DNA of 64,000 nucleotides from Candidatus Methanosuratincola verstraetei (GCA_049570475.1 CP186953.1:704001-768000), one strand, 5' to 3'; numbered from the stretch's first letter, positions 10,776 to 20,433 are shown. Translations and numbers: made by a program. Notes: generated from the letters alone by a model not told the origin.

Positions 10776-11000
10776 ATGATGCTCTGGTTGGAAAGGCTGA
10801 AAATTGGTGCCCATTGGGTTTCACGCTTGCAGTTCGGAACTGCCCTCGATATAGCGACCAGCAAGATGGATACTTCTGACAGAATGTATTGCCAGGCTTT
10901 TGGCGACGAACAATCAAAGGTGGCCTGGGAAATTGAGAAAATAAGAAACTGCCAAAACTGCTCGCTGGTCAAAGAACACGTGGTCAAGCAGGCAAAATAA
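10776..11000 (+). CDS. small hypothetical protein (C...CxxC)
   Basis: 74-aa ORF after a TATA-like TTTATAA and GGAGTGG, followed by a T-tract. Confidence 0.4.
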   Translation: MMLWLERLKIGAHWVSRLQFGTALDIATSKMDTSDRMYCQAFGDEQSKVAWEIEKIRNCQNCSLVKEHVVKQAK

Positions 11001-11101
11001 CCTGAAGGCTATGATTTTTTATTCAATTTTTTTTTAAATTTATAAAAAAACTATTTAATTATTTTTTAGCTTCTCAGCCCAGAACGAATGTTTTTGGCAA
11101 T

Positions 11102-11295
11102 TCATTTTTGCCTGATCTCGAAGACGCATCTCTTGTCGCCCTTCGCAATGCACTCGGTCTCTTCGACCTGGAAGGGCTTCCCGAATACCTCCGCGAAGAT
11201 CCCGGCGATCATCCCCCTCACCAGGGCTCCGTATGGCTGCCCGGTCACTTTTGCACCTTCGCACTCGAAGGAGTCGTGAACCGCAATCTTCCCGC
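11102..11295 (-). pseudogene. 5'-truncated V4R-domain gene fragment
   Basis: Near-identical to 56926-57110 (GKIAVHDSFECE...ETECIAKGDKRCVFEIR); similarity stops abruptly at 11295. Confidence 0.85.
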
Positions 11296-11349
11296 ATTTA
11301 ATGAATAAAAATGCAATAATGCACAAAATAAAGATCAATACTACGAGCA

Positions 11350-12267
11350 TTATCGACCCGTGAAAGGCAATGCTGGTTTCTGCTCTGCAGCCATATTTGC
11401 CTGGTAGACCTCGAACTCGCAGTAGCCCTTGTAGGCTTCCGTGAAAATCTCTACGTGCTTCAGCTTCACGTGGTCCAGCTTGTAGTAGTCCATCATCTGC
11501 TGGACATAAGGAACCAAGTTAATCGAGTAGTGCTTGTACTCGCCGGGCTTCAGGTTGTCTGCCAATTTGAACTGCGCCACCGAGTCATTGCGCCATGTAA
11601 AGTATGACACTCGGTTTGAGTACACGTTGTCGCCGTAGTAGCTGAAGAACTGGAGCTCGGTCTGGTAGCACTTCACTTGATAGTCTTCCTTATAGCCATC
11701 AAAGAACAACACGATAGCCACGTTGGTGCTCGAATTCCCCGGCTCATAGACCGTGTAATTGACCAGCTTCAGGTCTATGTCTAAGATCAGATCCCAAGTG
11801 GGCATGTTTCTTTTAACTTCAAATTCATCGTCCAGCAGTCCGTACCTGAGCCCCCAGTAGTGGGGCATCAGGCCGCGCGAAAGCTTTGACAGGCCCCACG
11901 AGCCGGAGGTGTCGTTTATCCACATCACGAACTTTCCGCTGGAGTTGTCGTAGTAGGACGCCCCAACCGCATCGCCGTTGAAGCCTCCCCAGGTCTCGTA
12001 GCAGACATTATCGGACCGCAGGCTGAAGACGGGGGAGTTTGCACATAAAAACCACAAGCAAAGCACTGCGATCAAAAAAAGGAGGCTCAAGACTTCGGCC
12101 CGATTTATGCCCGCAGCATTTACTTCTTTATGCCCCACACTGTTGCGTAGAGCCTTGTTGAGGCCCGCATTGAAGGGGAACGAGCATTGGCGAACATCCC
12201 CTGTCCTTTGGAAATGCATTAGTTTCCGACCGAACATAAGCTTTGTAATTAAAATGGCTTTGATCAT
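11350..12267 (-). CDS. hypothetical secreted or membrane-anchored protein
   Basis: Long ORF with a hydrophobic signal-like stretch (VLSLLFLIAVLCLWFL) and an aromatic-rich body; true start probably downstream of 12267. Confidence 0.6.
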   Translation of the reverse strand: MIKAILITKLMFGRKLMHFQRTGDVRQCSFPFNAGLNKALRNSVGHKEVNAAGINRAEVLSLLFLIAVLCLWFLCANSPVFSLRSDNVCYETWGGFNGDAVGASYYDNSSGKFVMWINDTSGSWGLSKLSRGLMPHYWGLRYGLLDDEFEVKRNMPTWDLILDIDLKLVNYTVYEPGNSSTNVAIVLFFDGYKEDYQVKCYQTELQFFSYYGDNVYSNRVSYFTWRNDSVAQFKLADNLKPGEYKHYSINLVPYVQQMMDYYKLDHVKLKHVEIFTEAYKGYCEFEVYQANMAAEQKPALPFTGR

Positions 12268-12387
12268 CTTAAATCAATAACTCCGAGAGTTTATTCAAGC
12301 CGAAATCGATGACTTCGTAACTTCCGTTATGGTTCATTTCGCAAATGTAACGTCTTCAGGATAAATTTGCTTTTTGATCGATTTTGG

Positions 12388-12405
12388 TGGCGGGCCCGCT
12401 GGGAT
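12388..12405 (-). repeat. att site: duplicate of the tRNA-Arg(TCG) 3' end
   Basis: tggcgggcccgctgggat is identical to 14274-14291 (18 bp). Confidence 0.85.
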
Positions 12406-12409
12406 CGAT

Positions 12410-12690
12410 TCAGTCATCCATGCCCCCCCGCCTGAGCCCTGGATGCCCTTCAAGACGCTTCATGGGATGCGTCTTGGACAGTTTACTGGGACGGCACTGA
12501 AGGCGACAAGTGCCCATTCCAGGAGCCCACGCTTGCCTGCTCTGAGTCGCGATGTTTTAGACCGGAGCGAGCCATATCCAGCTTCTAAAACCGGTGGACT
12601 GGATAGAGGCTCGGACGATTCACGGTCCTGGTGAATTTGCCTACAAGCCGCACTGCGAGCACCCCCCCATCCAGACCTTGGAACGCCAGC
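12410..12690. ncRNA. candidate structured non-coding RNA or DNA element of unknown family
   Basis: Five or more stems plus an 8-bp loop pseudoknot in a GC-rich stretch with no credible ORF. Confidence 0.5.
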
Positions 12691-12731
12691 ATTTGAAACT
12701 TCTACAGACAGGCACCTCCCAAAGGTCCGGC

Positions 12732-13934
12732 TTACCCTGGCTCGGTATACTCTTTATGTAATTTGTTTGCCCAGCCAAGAGCCGAAATGGCGCATGCTTG
12801 CAGCAGCAATGCAAACCCAACTATCACAGTCGCCGGATACCCGTTGTCCATGAAGAAGCCGAAGATAACGCCGCTTGCAAGCGTTCCCAAGCCTAGGACA
12901 GTGTTGAAAATGCCGTAGGCTGTGCCCCTTTTCTGAAGAGGGACGAACTCGCTTACCGCAGCACGGTAGACAGACTCCTGCACGCCCAGCACAAGACCGA
13001 ACGCCACGCAGGAAGCAATAACCCCAGCCAAAACTCCGAAAGAGATGGAGAGGGCGGGAAACACGGACACGGCAAACGGAATGACCAGAATCTTAAAGCC
13101 CATCTTGTCAAACAAATGACCGGACAAAAGTGCCATGGGCGCGTCCACTGCTTGCACTATGACATAGAGGAGGGGCACCACCCACGCTTGACCTAAGGGC
13201 TGAAGAAGCGCAGAGCCAACGAATAGGATCAGGGCAATTGGCATAAGCCCCAACGTGTTGAGGAAAACCGCTATGCAATATGCCCAAAAGCCGCCGCGTC
13301 TGAACGGGGCTTCCTCTTTTTTATTCTCAACTTCCGCCGCAACGCCCTTGCCCACTTTTTTATAGGCGTAAATCAGTACCACCATCATCAGAGCGAACGG
13401 GATCAGCAACATTCCAAATGCGGCAGGGTAGCTGTTTGCGGTGAAAAACAATACGCTGCCTAATAATAATGGGCCGATTATGGCGCCTATTTGGTCAATG
13501 GCCTCGTGGAGTCCGAAGGCTTTCCCCGAGCCGATGTTTTTGCTGATCACGGAGACAACGGTATCCCGCGACGGCGACCTTAACGCCTTTCCTAACCGCT
13601 CCAAGAGAAGCAGCAGGATCGCTAGCCCGAGGCTGGACGTGAAGCCCATTAGCGGTATGGCAAGTATCAGCCCGTAACCGACAAAAATGAATGACCAGTA
13701 GGCATTGCTTCTGTCGGATAGGCTCCCGCTGACGAGCCTGACGCTATATCCCAGGAATTCCCCTGCTCCGCTCACTGTGCCCACGAGGAGTGCTGAGGCG
13801 CCGAGAAACATGAGGTAGTCGGGTGCGATCCCCCTTCCCGACTCATAGACAATGTCACCCAGCATGCTCACGACGCCCATCATAAGGATGGCAACGTAAG
13901 CGGTTCTCTTCGAAATCTTCTGTGCTTCGCTCAT
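12732..13934 (-). CDS. MFS transporter
   Basis: About 12 TM; SGSLSDR, ERLGKALRSPSRD and GHLFDKMG motifs. Confidence 0.9.
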   Translation of the reverse strand: MSEAQKISKRTAYVAILMMGVVSMLGDIVYESGRGIAPDYLMFLGASALLVGTVSGAGEFLGYSVRLVSGSLSDRSNAYWSFIFVGYGLILAIPLMGFTSSLGLAILLLLLERLGKALRSPSRDTVVSVISKNIGSGKAFGLHEAIDQIGAIIGPLLLGSVLFFTANSYPAAFGMLLIPFALMMVVLIYAYKKVGKGVAAEVENKKEEAPFRRGGFWAYCIAVFLNTLGLMPIALILFVGSALLQPLGQAWVVPLLYVIVQAVDAPMALLSGHLFDKMGFKILVIPFAVSVFPALSISFGVLAGVIASCVAFGLVLGVQESVYRAAVSEFVPLQKRGTAYGIFNTVLGLGTLASGVIFGFFMDNGYPATVIVGFALLLQACAISALGWANKLHKEYTEPG

Positions 13935-13983
13935 GGTCGGTCTTCCTTTTTTCCAATGACTGCTCTAAACATATTATGTTCTC

Positions 13984-14273
13984 TTAAGCGTTATTGACTT
14001 GAAAAGGCATCAAGATGCTTTGATCACAGGAGCATTCAGGGGTGAGCGCCTGACGACGGGCACGGGGGCAACGCCCCCATCCAGCCTCAAATGTGGCGCA
14101 GGATCCAAGCCGACCCGACTTCGGCCTGAGCCTCAAGTCCACCGTGCAGGACCTGGAAAACTCCTCGATCTGTACGGTACACTCAGCGCCCATCTGTACG
14201 GTACAGGTTTCACGCTCATGTAAAAAACTTTTTTCTTGGTGAAGCTTTTTTTCTTCAAGGAAAGAAGGTTCGA
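13984..14273 (-). pseudogene. degenerate tyrosine integrase intC remnant
   Basis: CTVQIEEFSRSCTVDLRL resembles CTVQLDEFLKFCRVDLRL of the tRNA-Val intC; the DNA flanking the two tRNAs is also homologous. Confidence 0.75.
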
Positions 14274-14352
14274 TGGCGGGCCCGCTGGGATTCGAACCCA
14301 GGTCCTGTGGCTCCGAAGGCCACCGCCATGATCCGGACTAGGCCACGGGCCC
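14274..14352 (-). tRNA. tRNA-Arg(TCG)
   Basis: GGGCCCG acceptor, GTGGC-CT TCG GA-GCCAC anticodon arm, GGTTCGAATCCC T arm, encoded CCA. Confidence 0.96.
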
Positions 14353-14912
14353 CCTTTAGGGTTTAAACCGGGGTAGAATTAAGGGTTACGGGGTCCGATG
14401 GAAATCTGCTATCGCCCAGAATGACAGGTTGTGTTCAGAACAGGAGAAATTACATAGGAAAGGGATGAGACGCGGATACCTGCATAACAATGGCACACGC
14501 GATTAAGGGCAACCCCGCAAATTAACGATGCGCCTCTGCCGAGATTATTCACAATATTTCATCAATCAACGCGGCTATCAGCGGTAATCCCATTTTTGCC
14601 CGCTCATTTCGAGCTAACACCAATTGCAAAAGCGCCAAAGAGATCTTCTGCGTGCAATGGGGCGCAAAGAGTCCAAAGGGTGCAATTCACTGTTACAAAT
14701 GCGGTGCAACCATGTTCAAGGAAGGGGACGGCTCCGAGCATCCTCCTCTAATTTTTTGTTTGTCTCTCTGTTTGTATCCGTTTGTTTGTTTTATTGATTG
14801 TTTCTTTCGTTTGTGAGTGAGGTTGAGCGTGTTTGGGTTTTGGTTTTAATTTGGGTTTGGGAACAAAATTTAATATTGACTGCCCCTTTCTCTTATCAAA
14901 GAAGGTGCATTA

Positions 14913-15212
14913 ATGTCGGATAGAGAAGCCCCCTCACGCAGCCTAATGTTGCCATCGGAGGGGGAACTGGTAGGGGTCGTCACCCAGCTGCTGGGTTTCG
15001 ACAGGGTTAAGGTAAAGTGCTCAGACGGTAAGACAAGGATCTGCAGGATCCCTGGGAAGATGAAGAAGAAGATCTGGCTCAGGCTCAACGACATTGTTTT
15101 GGTCGCCCCATGGGACTTCCAGTCAGACCAGAAGGGGGACATAGTCTGGAGGTACGACAGGGGCGACATGAGGGAGCTGAAGGCCAGGGGATATCTGGAC
15201 ATGCTCGTCTGA
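14913..15212 (+). CDS. eif1a: translation initiation factor aIF-1A
   Basis: CSDGKTRICRIPGKMKKKIW...DIVLVAPWDFQ...KGDIVWRY. Confidence 0.96.
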   Translation: MSDREAPSRSLMLPSEGELVGVVTQLLGFDRVKVKCSDGKTRICRIPGKMKKKIWLRLNDIVLVAPWDFQSDQKGDIVWRYDRGDMRELKARGYLDMLV

Positions 15213-15286
15213 CATGCCCCTGAAGCCCTTAGAAAGCCTTTTATCATTATCGCCATCAATTATCTAATGGTTTTTAGGCGATATTT

Positions 15287-16069
15287 TTGGGCGAGGACCA
15301 CGATGCACTTGCGAGAAGAGAGGAGCTCAGGGTAGACCGGATCAGGTCGAAGAGGACTAAGGACGAGGACCTCTTCAAGACGGTCGAGGAGGTCTTCGAC
15401 GTAAAGACCGTGATGGCACTTTACCAGATGATAAACAACGGTCCGATCGACAGGGTCTTCGGCGCAGTCAAGGCAGGGAAGGAGTCAAGGATCTATTGGG
15501 CCAAGGGCAAGTCGGGCGAAGACCTTGCTGTGAAGATATACCTGACGTCGTCGATGGAGTTCAAGAAGTCCATAAGGCAGTACATCCAAGGCGACCCGAG
15601 GTTCAAGGACAGCAAGGACTACAGGAAGCTGATCTACACCTGGGCCCAGAAGGAGTTCAAGAACCTGTCCCAAGCCTACGTCGCGGGGGTGAGGGTCCCC
15701 AAACCCATCCATGTATCCCAGAACATACTCGTGATGGAGTTCATCGGGAAGGGGGGCGAGCCAGCGCCGATACTGAAGAACCTCAGTGGCGACGAAATCA
15801 GTAGCCAGATATACGAGGACACTATGGGGATGCTCGACAGGCTTTACAGGGACGCGGGGCTCGTGCATGCGGACCTCAGCGAGTACAACATCATGGTCCA
15901 CGAAGGGAAGGTATACTTCATCGACCTGGGCCAGGCGGTGCTGAAGACGCACCCAATGGCAGAAGCCTTCCTGAGCAGGGACGTTGGAAATCTTATAAGA
16001 TTCTTTGAGAAGAAGGGTCTGAATCCACCTGACCCGGAGAGTGTCATAAAATGGCTGAAACGGCAATGA
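15287..16069 (+). CDS. rio1: RIO1 serine/threonine kinase
   Basis: GKES, AVKIY, WAQKEFKNL, LVHADLSEYNI and IDLGQAV motifs. Confidence 0.95.
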   Translation: MGEDHDALARREELRVDRIRSKRTKDEDLFKTVEEVFDVKTVMALYQMINNGPIDRVFGAVKAGKESRIYWAKGKSGEDLAVKIYLTSSMEFKKSIRQYIQGDPRFKDSKDYRKLIYTWAQKEFKNLSQAYVAGVRVPKPIHVSQNILVMEFIGKGGEPAPILKNLSGDEISSQIYEDTMGMLDRLYRDAGLVHADLSEYNIMVHEGKVYFIDLGQAVLKTHPMAEAFLSRDVGNLIRFFEKKGLNPPDPESVIKWLKRQ

Positions 16070-16704
16070 GCAGGATATACATGAAGATACCCGTCGAGAG
16101 GACAGGGGTCCTCATAGGGGAGAGCGGCGGGACGAAGGCAGAGGTTGAGAGGGGCACGGGCACGAAGATCACCGTGGACGGGAAGAGCGGCGAAGTGGTG
16201 ATCGAGGCAGAGGCGGGCAAGGGCGACCCCTCCGGGATCCTCAAGGCCAGGGACATAATCACAGCGATCGGCAGGGGCTTCAGCCCGCAGCGCGCTTTCA
16301 GGCTCTTCACGGACGGGCAGATCATCGAGGTCATCGATCTTAAGGAGGCCCTCGGGGACTCGAGGAACCAGCTCCTCAGGGTCAAGGGGAGGATAATAGG
16401 CGAGAACGGCAAGACCAGGAGGATCATAGAGAAGCTCACGGGCACCGCTGTCTCCGTCTACGGCCACACCGTCTCTGTGATTGGGGAGTACGACGAGATA
16501 CTCGTGGCGAAGGAGGCGATAGCAATGCTCGTGAAGGGCGCCATGCACGGTGCGGTCTATAAGTACCTGAACAGCGCACACCTAGAGCTCAAGAAGAGGA
16601 GGCTCTCGCTCTGGGAGGAGAGGCCTGAGCTGAAGGGGGGGCTCAGGAAGGGGGAAGGCGAGACCGCGGAAGGGGATCAGGAAGGGGCAGAAGGAGAAGG
16701 TTGA
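16066..16704 (+). CDS. KH-domain RNA-binding protein (Dim2/Pno1-like)
   Basis: GVLIGESG, AIGRGFSP, RVKGRIIGENGKTR; conserved position between rio1 and top6B. Confidence 0.92.
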   Translation: MSRIYMKIPVERTGVLIGESGGTKAEVERGTGTKITVDGKSGEVVIEAEAGKGDPSGILKARDIITAIGRGFSPQRAFRLFTDGQIIEVIDLKEALGDSRNQLLRVKGRIIGENGKTRRIIEKLTGTAVSVYGHTVSVIGEYDEILVAKEAIAMLVKGAMHGAVYKYLNSAHLELKKRRLSLWEERPELKGGLRKGEGETAEGDQEGAEGEG

Positions 16705-16719
16705 AAGGGAGGCTGAGGG

Positions 16720-18264
16720 GTGTCTAGGGAGAAGTTCCAGTCAATCTCTGCGGCTGATTTCTTCTACAGGAACAGGGAGATAGCTGGCTTCGACAACCCC
16801 GTCAGGGCGACCTACACGATAATCAGGGAGCTCGTCGAGAACGCGCTGGACGCCTGCGAGCAGTACAGCATCCCGCCTGACGTGAGGACCAAGCTGATCG
16901 ACGAAGGGAATTCCATCTACAGGATAAGGGTTGAGGACAATGGCATCGGCGTGCCCTACGACCAGGTCCCGTACGCCTTCGGGCAGATCCTCTTCGGCTC
17001 GAAGTACACGCTCAGGCAGAGCAGGGGCATCTTCGGTCTCGGGGGCAAGATGGCTGTCCTCTACGGGCAGATAACCGCCCACAGCTCGGTCAAGGTCCTG
17101 TCCAGCACAGGGGGGTTCGAGAAGTACTTCTACGAGCTCAACATAAACGTCCAAGAGAACAAGCCGATCATAAGGAGAAAGGAAGTGACCCCCAACCCCG
17201 GCAGGTGGCGCGGCACAATAATAGAGTTCAGCTTCGAGGGCGACTACATAAGGGCCAAGCCGAAGGTAGTCGAGTACTTCCGGCAGACATCGATCCTCCT
17301 CCCCTACGCGAACATCCTCTTCATCGACCCGGACGGCACGCTCTACAGGTTCGACAAGATAACGGATGAGATGCCGAAGCCCGCGGAGACGGTCAAGCCC
17401 CACCCGTACGGCGTCGACCTCGAGATCGTCCACAGGATGATAAACGCGACGAGGAGCAGCACGATGGTCGACTTCCTCGTGAACAACTTCCACAGGGTTG
17501 GGGCAGCCACTGCGATGAACTTCCTCAAGGAGGCGAAGATAAGCCAGAACGCCAACCCTAGGACTCTGGACTCGAAGGACCTCCTCAGGCTAGTCAACAA
17601 GATGAAGGAGTACGACGGCTTCCAGCCGCCTGATGCCCAGTGCCTCTCCCCGATAGGAGAGGAGCTCCTGAAGAAGGGCATCATCAGGGAGTTCAGACCG
17701 GAGTACGTGGCGGTCACCCAGAGGGGGGCCTCGGCATACGCGGGGTACCCGTTCATAGTCGAGGCGGCGATAGCGTACGGAGGGGACATCCCGATAACCC
17801 CGCAGGACGAGATGCTCGTCTTCAGGTTCGCGAACAAGATCCCGCTCCTCTACGACCTCCACAGCGACGTGACGATGAAGGTAATCAAGAAGATCAACTG
17901 GCAGAGGTACAGGCTGGACCTCAGCTCGATGCCCCTGGCATTCTTCGTGCACATATGCGCGACGAAGGTGCCCTACAAGACGGTTGGGAAAGAGTATATA
18001 GCGGACAGGCCGGAGGTCGAGTACGAGATCGAGTGGGCGCTCAAGACTTGCGCGAGGGACGTCAGGAACCACCTCGCCAAGAAGGAGAAGGCGGACATCG
18101 TCCAGCGGAGGCTCTCTGTCTTCGAGAAGTACCTGCCGATGATAGCCCAGTTCTCGACTGAGCTGGCAGGGAATGGAAAGCCCCCGGACTACGAGAAGGT
18201 GCTGAGGAGGGTGCAGGCACATGCTAAGGAAGTCGAACAGAGAAGTCTTGTCGAAGCTGAGTGA
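16720..18264 (+). CDS. top6B: DNA topoisomerase VI subunit B
   Basis: GHKL ATPase ELVENALDA, DNGIG, QSRGIFGLG; KPHPYG; RFANKIPLL. Confidence 0.97.
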   Translation: MSREKFQSISAADFFYRNREIAGFDNPVRATYTIIRELVENALDACEQYSIPPDVRTKLIDEGNSIYRIRVEDNGIGVPYDQVPYAFGQILFGSKYTLRQSRGIFGLGGKMAVLYGQITAHSSVKVLSSTGGFEKYFYELNINVQENKPIIRRKEVTPNPGRWRGTIIEFSFEGDYIRAKPKVVEYFRQTSILLPYANILFIDPDGTLYRFDKITDEMPKPAETVKPHPYGVDLEIVHRMINATRSSTMVDFLVNNFHRVGAATAMNFLKEAKISQNANPRTLDSKDLLRLVNKMKEYDGFQPPDAQCLSPIGEELLKKGIIREFRPEYVAVTQRGASAYAGYPFIVEAAIAYGGDIPITPQDEMLVFRFANKIPLLYDLHSDVTMKVIKKINWQRYRLDLSSMPLAFFVHICATKVPYKTVGKEYIADRPEVEYEIEWALKTCARDVRNHLAKKEKADIVQRRLSVFEKYLPMIAQFSTELAGNGKPPDYEKVLRRVQAHAKEVEQRSLVEAE

Positions 18265-19297
18265 GATCGGGAACGAGATCTATTCCGAGATAGAGAGAGG
18301 GGAGTTCCCGAGGATAAGGATACCCAGCAGGACGACCTCTAACATCGTCTTCGACGAGGAGCTCGGGCAGTTCGTCCTCGGCGACCAGAGATCCCTCAGA
18401 TCCGCGGCGAACATCAAGCAGATCAGGTCGCTGACGCAGCTCCTTTGGGTCGCATCATTCGCGAAGAGGCTTGTCTCTGAGGAGAAGAGCAGCACGCTCA
18501 GGGACCTCTACTACCACTCGCTGAACTACGGGATAAAGTTCAGGGACCAGACCGAGTCGGACGACACCGTGACGGACCTGGAGACGCTGCTGGGCGAGCC
18601 CCGGGAGGGTTTCAACATATTCCCGAAGGAGAGGTCCGCCATCTTCGGCGACTTGGAGATAGAGTACACGACTCCCGAAACCCACAAGGGGAGGAGGGTG
18701 AACCTCGGGTCCAACCCGGACGGGGTCATGGTCGGGCTCTCCGTCGCGCAGGCGGACTTTTTGTCGTGCAAGGCGGACAAGGTCTTCGTGATCGAGAAGA
18801 ACGCGGTCTTCAGGAGGTTCATCGAGGAGCGGGTGTATGACAAGTTCAACGCAATCCTGATAGACACAGCCGGGCAGGCGCCCAGGCTTGCGAGGCTGCT
18901 GATCAGGCGGCTCAACCAGGAGCTCGGGCTGCCCGTGTACCTCCTCACGGACGCGGACCCGTGGGGGATGCACATCGCGATGGTCATCATCAGGGGATCG
19001 GCGAACGCCGCGCACCTCAGGGAGCTCACGACGGTCAAGGCGAAGTGGGTCGGGCTCTGGGCCACGGACATCAAGAGGTTCAGCCTCCCGTCTTTCCCGC
19101 TCACGAAGCTGGACGAGGAGAGGATCAGGCTGCTCGAGGAGGACATGAGGTACAGGGACTTCGAGTGGCAGAGCGAACTCCAGGAGTTCAAGAAGACGAA
19201 GAGGAGGGCTGAGCTCGAGGCATTCAGCGCGCACGGGCTCACCGCGATAGTCGACAAGTACCTGCCCAAGAAGCTGAAGATGATAGAGGAGGGCTAA
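18221..19297 (+). CDS. top6A: DNA topoisomerase VI subunit A
   Basis: STLRDLYY (catalytic Tyr), IEK, Toprim TDADPWG, AELEAF. Confidence 0.97.
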   Translation: MLRKSNREVLSKLSEIGNEIYSEIERGEFPRIRIPSRTTSNIVFDEELGQFVLGDQRSLRSAANIKQIRSLTQLLWVASFAKRLVSEEKSSTLRDLYYHSLNYGIKFRDQTESDDTVTDLETLLGEPREGFNIFPKERSAIFGDLEIEYTTPETHKGRRVNLGSNPDGVMVGLSVAQADFLSCKADKVFVIEKNAVFRRFIEERVYDKFNAILIDTAGQAPRLARLLIRRLNQELGLPVYLLTDADPWGMHIAMVIIRGSANAAHLRELTTVKAKWVGLWATDIKRFSLPSFPLTKLDEERIRLLEEDMRYRDFEWQSELQEFKKTKRRAELEAFSAHGLTAIVDKYLPKKLKMIEEG

Positions 19298-19436
19298 AGA
19301 CACCCTTTTCAATTAACAAATTCCCTTTTGGAAAAGGGCTTGCAAGGGCACGATAGAGTGTAAAAGCTGACCGAAGATGCCGATAAAACGGACTGGACAA
19401 AATTCCACTTGACATTAATGGTATAACAAGAGTGAA

Positions 19437-19465
19437 AGTTTAACTATAACTCATAGTTTAACTAT
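19437..19465 (+). promoter_or_regulatory. putative vapBC autoregulatory operator
   Basis: AGTTTAACTAT occurs twice (19437, 19455); the second lies in the perfect palindrome ATAGTT-T-AACTAT, ~35 bp upstream of vapB. Confidence 0.5.
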
Positions 19466-19501
19466 TATTTATGGATAAACTTTCCAAAAAGGTGAAATGA
19501 T

Positions 19502-19711
19502 TTGGGAGAAGTAATCAGGGTCAGGAAGAAGGGCGTTTTAATAATACCCAAAAAGATCAGGGAAGAGGCAGGGATTCAAGAGGGAGACGAGATCGTTCTC
19601 GAGGCCAAAAAAGGCGAGTTGCTGATCAGGACGTTGAAACCCAAGGTAGTTGACGTTGATCCAAAAATTATCGATGAACTGCTGAGAGAGGAAAACAACT
19701 TGGAAAGGTAG
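19502..19711 (+). CDS. vapB: AbrB/MazE-type antitoxin
   Basis: RVRKKGVLIIPKKIREEAGIQEGD. Confidence 0.88.
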   Translation: MGEVIRVRKKGVLIIPKKIREEAGIQEGDEIVLEAKKGELLIRTLKPKVVDVDPKIIDELLREENNLER

Positions 19712-19718
19712 ATTTATC

Positions 19719-20189
19719 GTGCGCACAAGATTGAAAAGGATTGCCCCCGATACAGGAGTGCTTTCGGAGTATGTGGTCAAGAGGGCGCCATATAGAAGCA
19801 GGGTTGAAGAGCTTTTCAGTCTAGCCGCCTTGAGAAAGATCGAGCTCCTGCTTGGGCATTTGACGATTAGCGAAACCATTTATGTGGTCACCAGAATCTA
19901 CCAGGAGGCGTCGGTAAATGAAGCAGACAAGCTGGCGCTGGACTTCCTGTCATGGATCAAGCCCAAATGCAAGACGGTGGGCACTACGGAGGAAATAGCA
20001 GTTCAAGCAGGAGAGCTGAAGAAAAGGATCAAGATAGCCCTTCCGGACTGCTATGTCATCGCGACGGCTAAGGCTTACGGCGGGGTCCCCCTCTTCAGGA
20101 AAGTGGAGGCGGAGATGGAGCCTTTTGTAGGATACTTGAAGGGGATCGGAGTCCAGTTTTTGGATGATGAGCGATGGTCGTTGGCTTAA
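19719..20189 (+). CDS. vapC: PIN-domain toxin
   Basis: DTGVL, TISE and LPDCYVIATA PIN motifs, directly downstream of the antitoxin. Confidence 0.88.
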   Translation: MRTRLKRIAPDTGVLSEYVVKRAPYRSRVEELFSLAALRKIELLLGHLTISETIYVVTRIYQEASVNEADKLALDFLSWIKPKCKTVGTTEEIAVQAGELKKRIKIALPDCYVIATAKAYGGVPLFRKVEAEMEPFVGYLKGIGVQFLDDERWSLA

Positions 20190-20289
20190 AGGTTGAGTTA
20201 GGAAGAAGGCTGCTCACGGAAAAATTGAACTGCTCGGAAAAAGGCGCAACAAAAAACATTAATATCGAGTCCTATTGCTCATCTATAGA

Positions 20290-20366
20290 GCCGCGGTAGC
20301 TCAGCTCGGTAGAGCGACGGGCTGTTAACCCGTTGGTCGAAGGTTCGAGTCCTTCCCGCGGCGCCA
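20290..20366 (+). tRNA. tRNA-Asn(GTT)
   Basis: Cloverleaf with ACGGG-CT GTT AA-CCCGT arm and encoded CCA. Confidence 0.96.
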
Positions 20367-20433
20367 AAAGGCTTATACGTTTTCATTTTACTTTCCAAAG
20401 AGATGGGATTTAGCAAGTAAAAGGTGCACAAAG

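Larger units (their letters stand above)
12388..14291 (-). mobile_element. decayed ~1.9-kb element integrated in tRNA-Arg(TCG)
   Basis: Flanking tRNA 3' repeats, integrase remnant next to the tRNA, MFS cargo gene. Confidence 0.7.

Noticed and set aside
12376-12410. gatcgatt 8-bp direct repeat flanking the Arg att as a target-site duplication
   Set aside because: It partly overlaps the tRNA T-loop-derived sequence and is too short to separate from chance
12374-12634. 86-aa ORF over the structured region
   Set aside because: It begins across the att repeat and has no protein-like features; base-pairing explains the sequence better
12410-12690. Group I/II intron, RNase P, SRP or tmRNA identity
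   Set aside because: No domain V, P7, GAGGAAAGUCC or SRP helix 8 motif, and no matching tRNA 5' half nearby
14635-14865. Zn-ribbon-like peptide (FCVQWGAK..HCYKCG) and the following G/T-rich tract
   Set aside because: There is no start codon and one Cys is lost, so it is at most a small relic; the tract is low-complexity with no periodic unit
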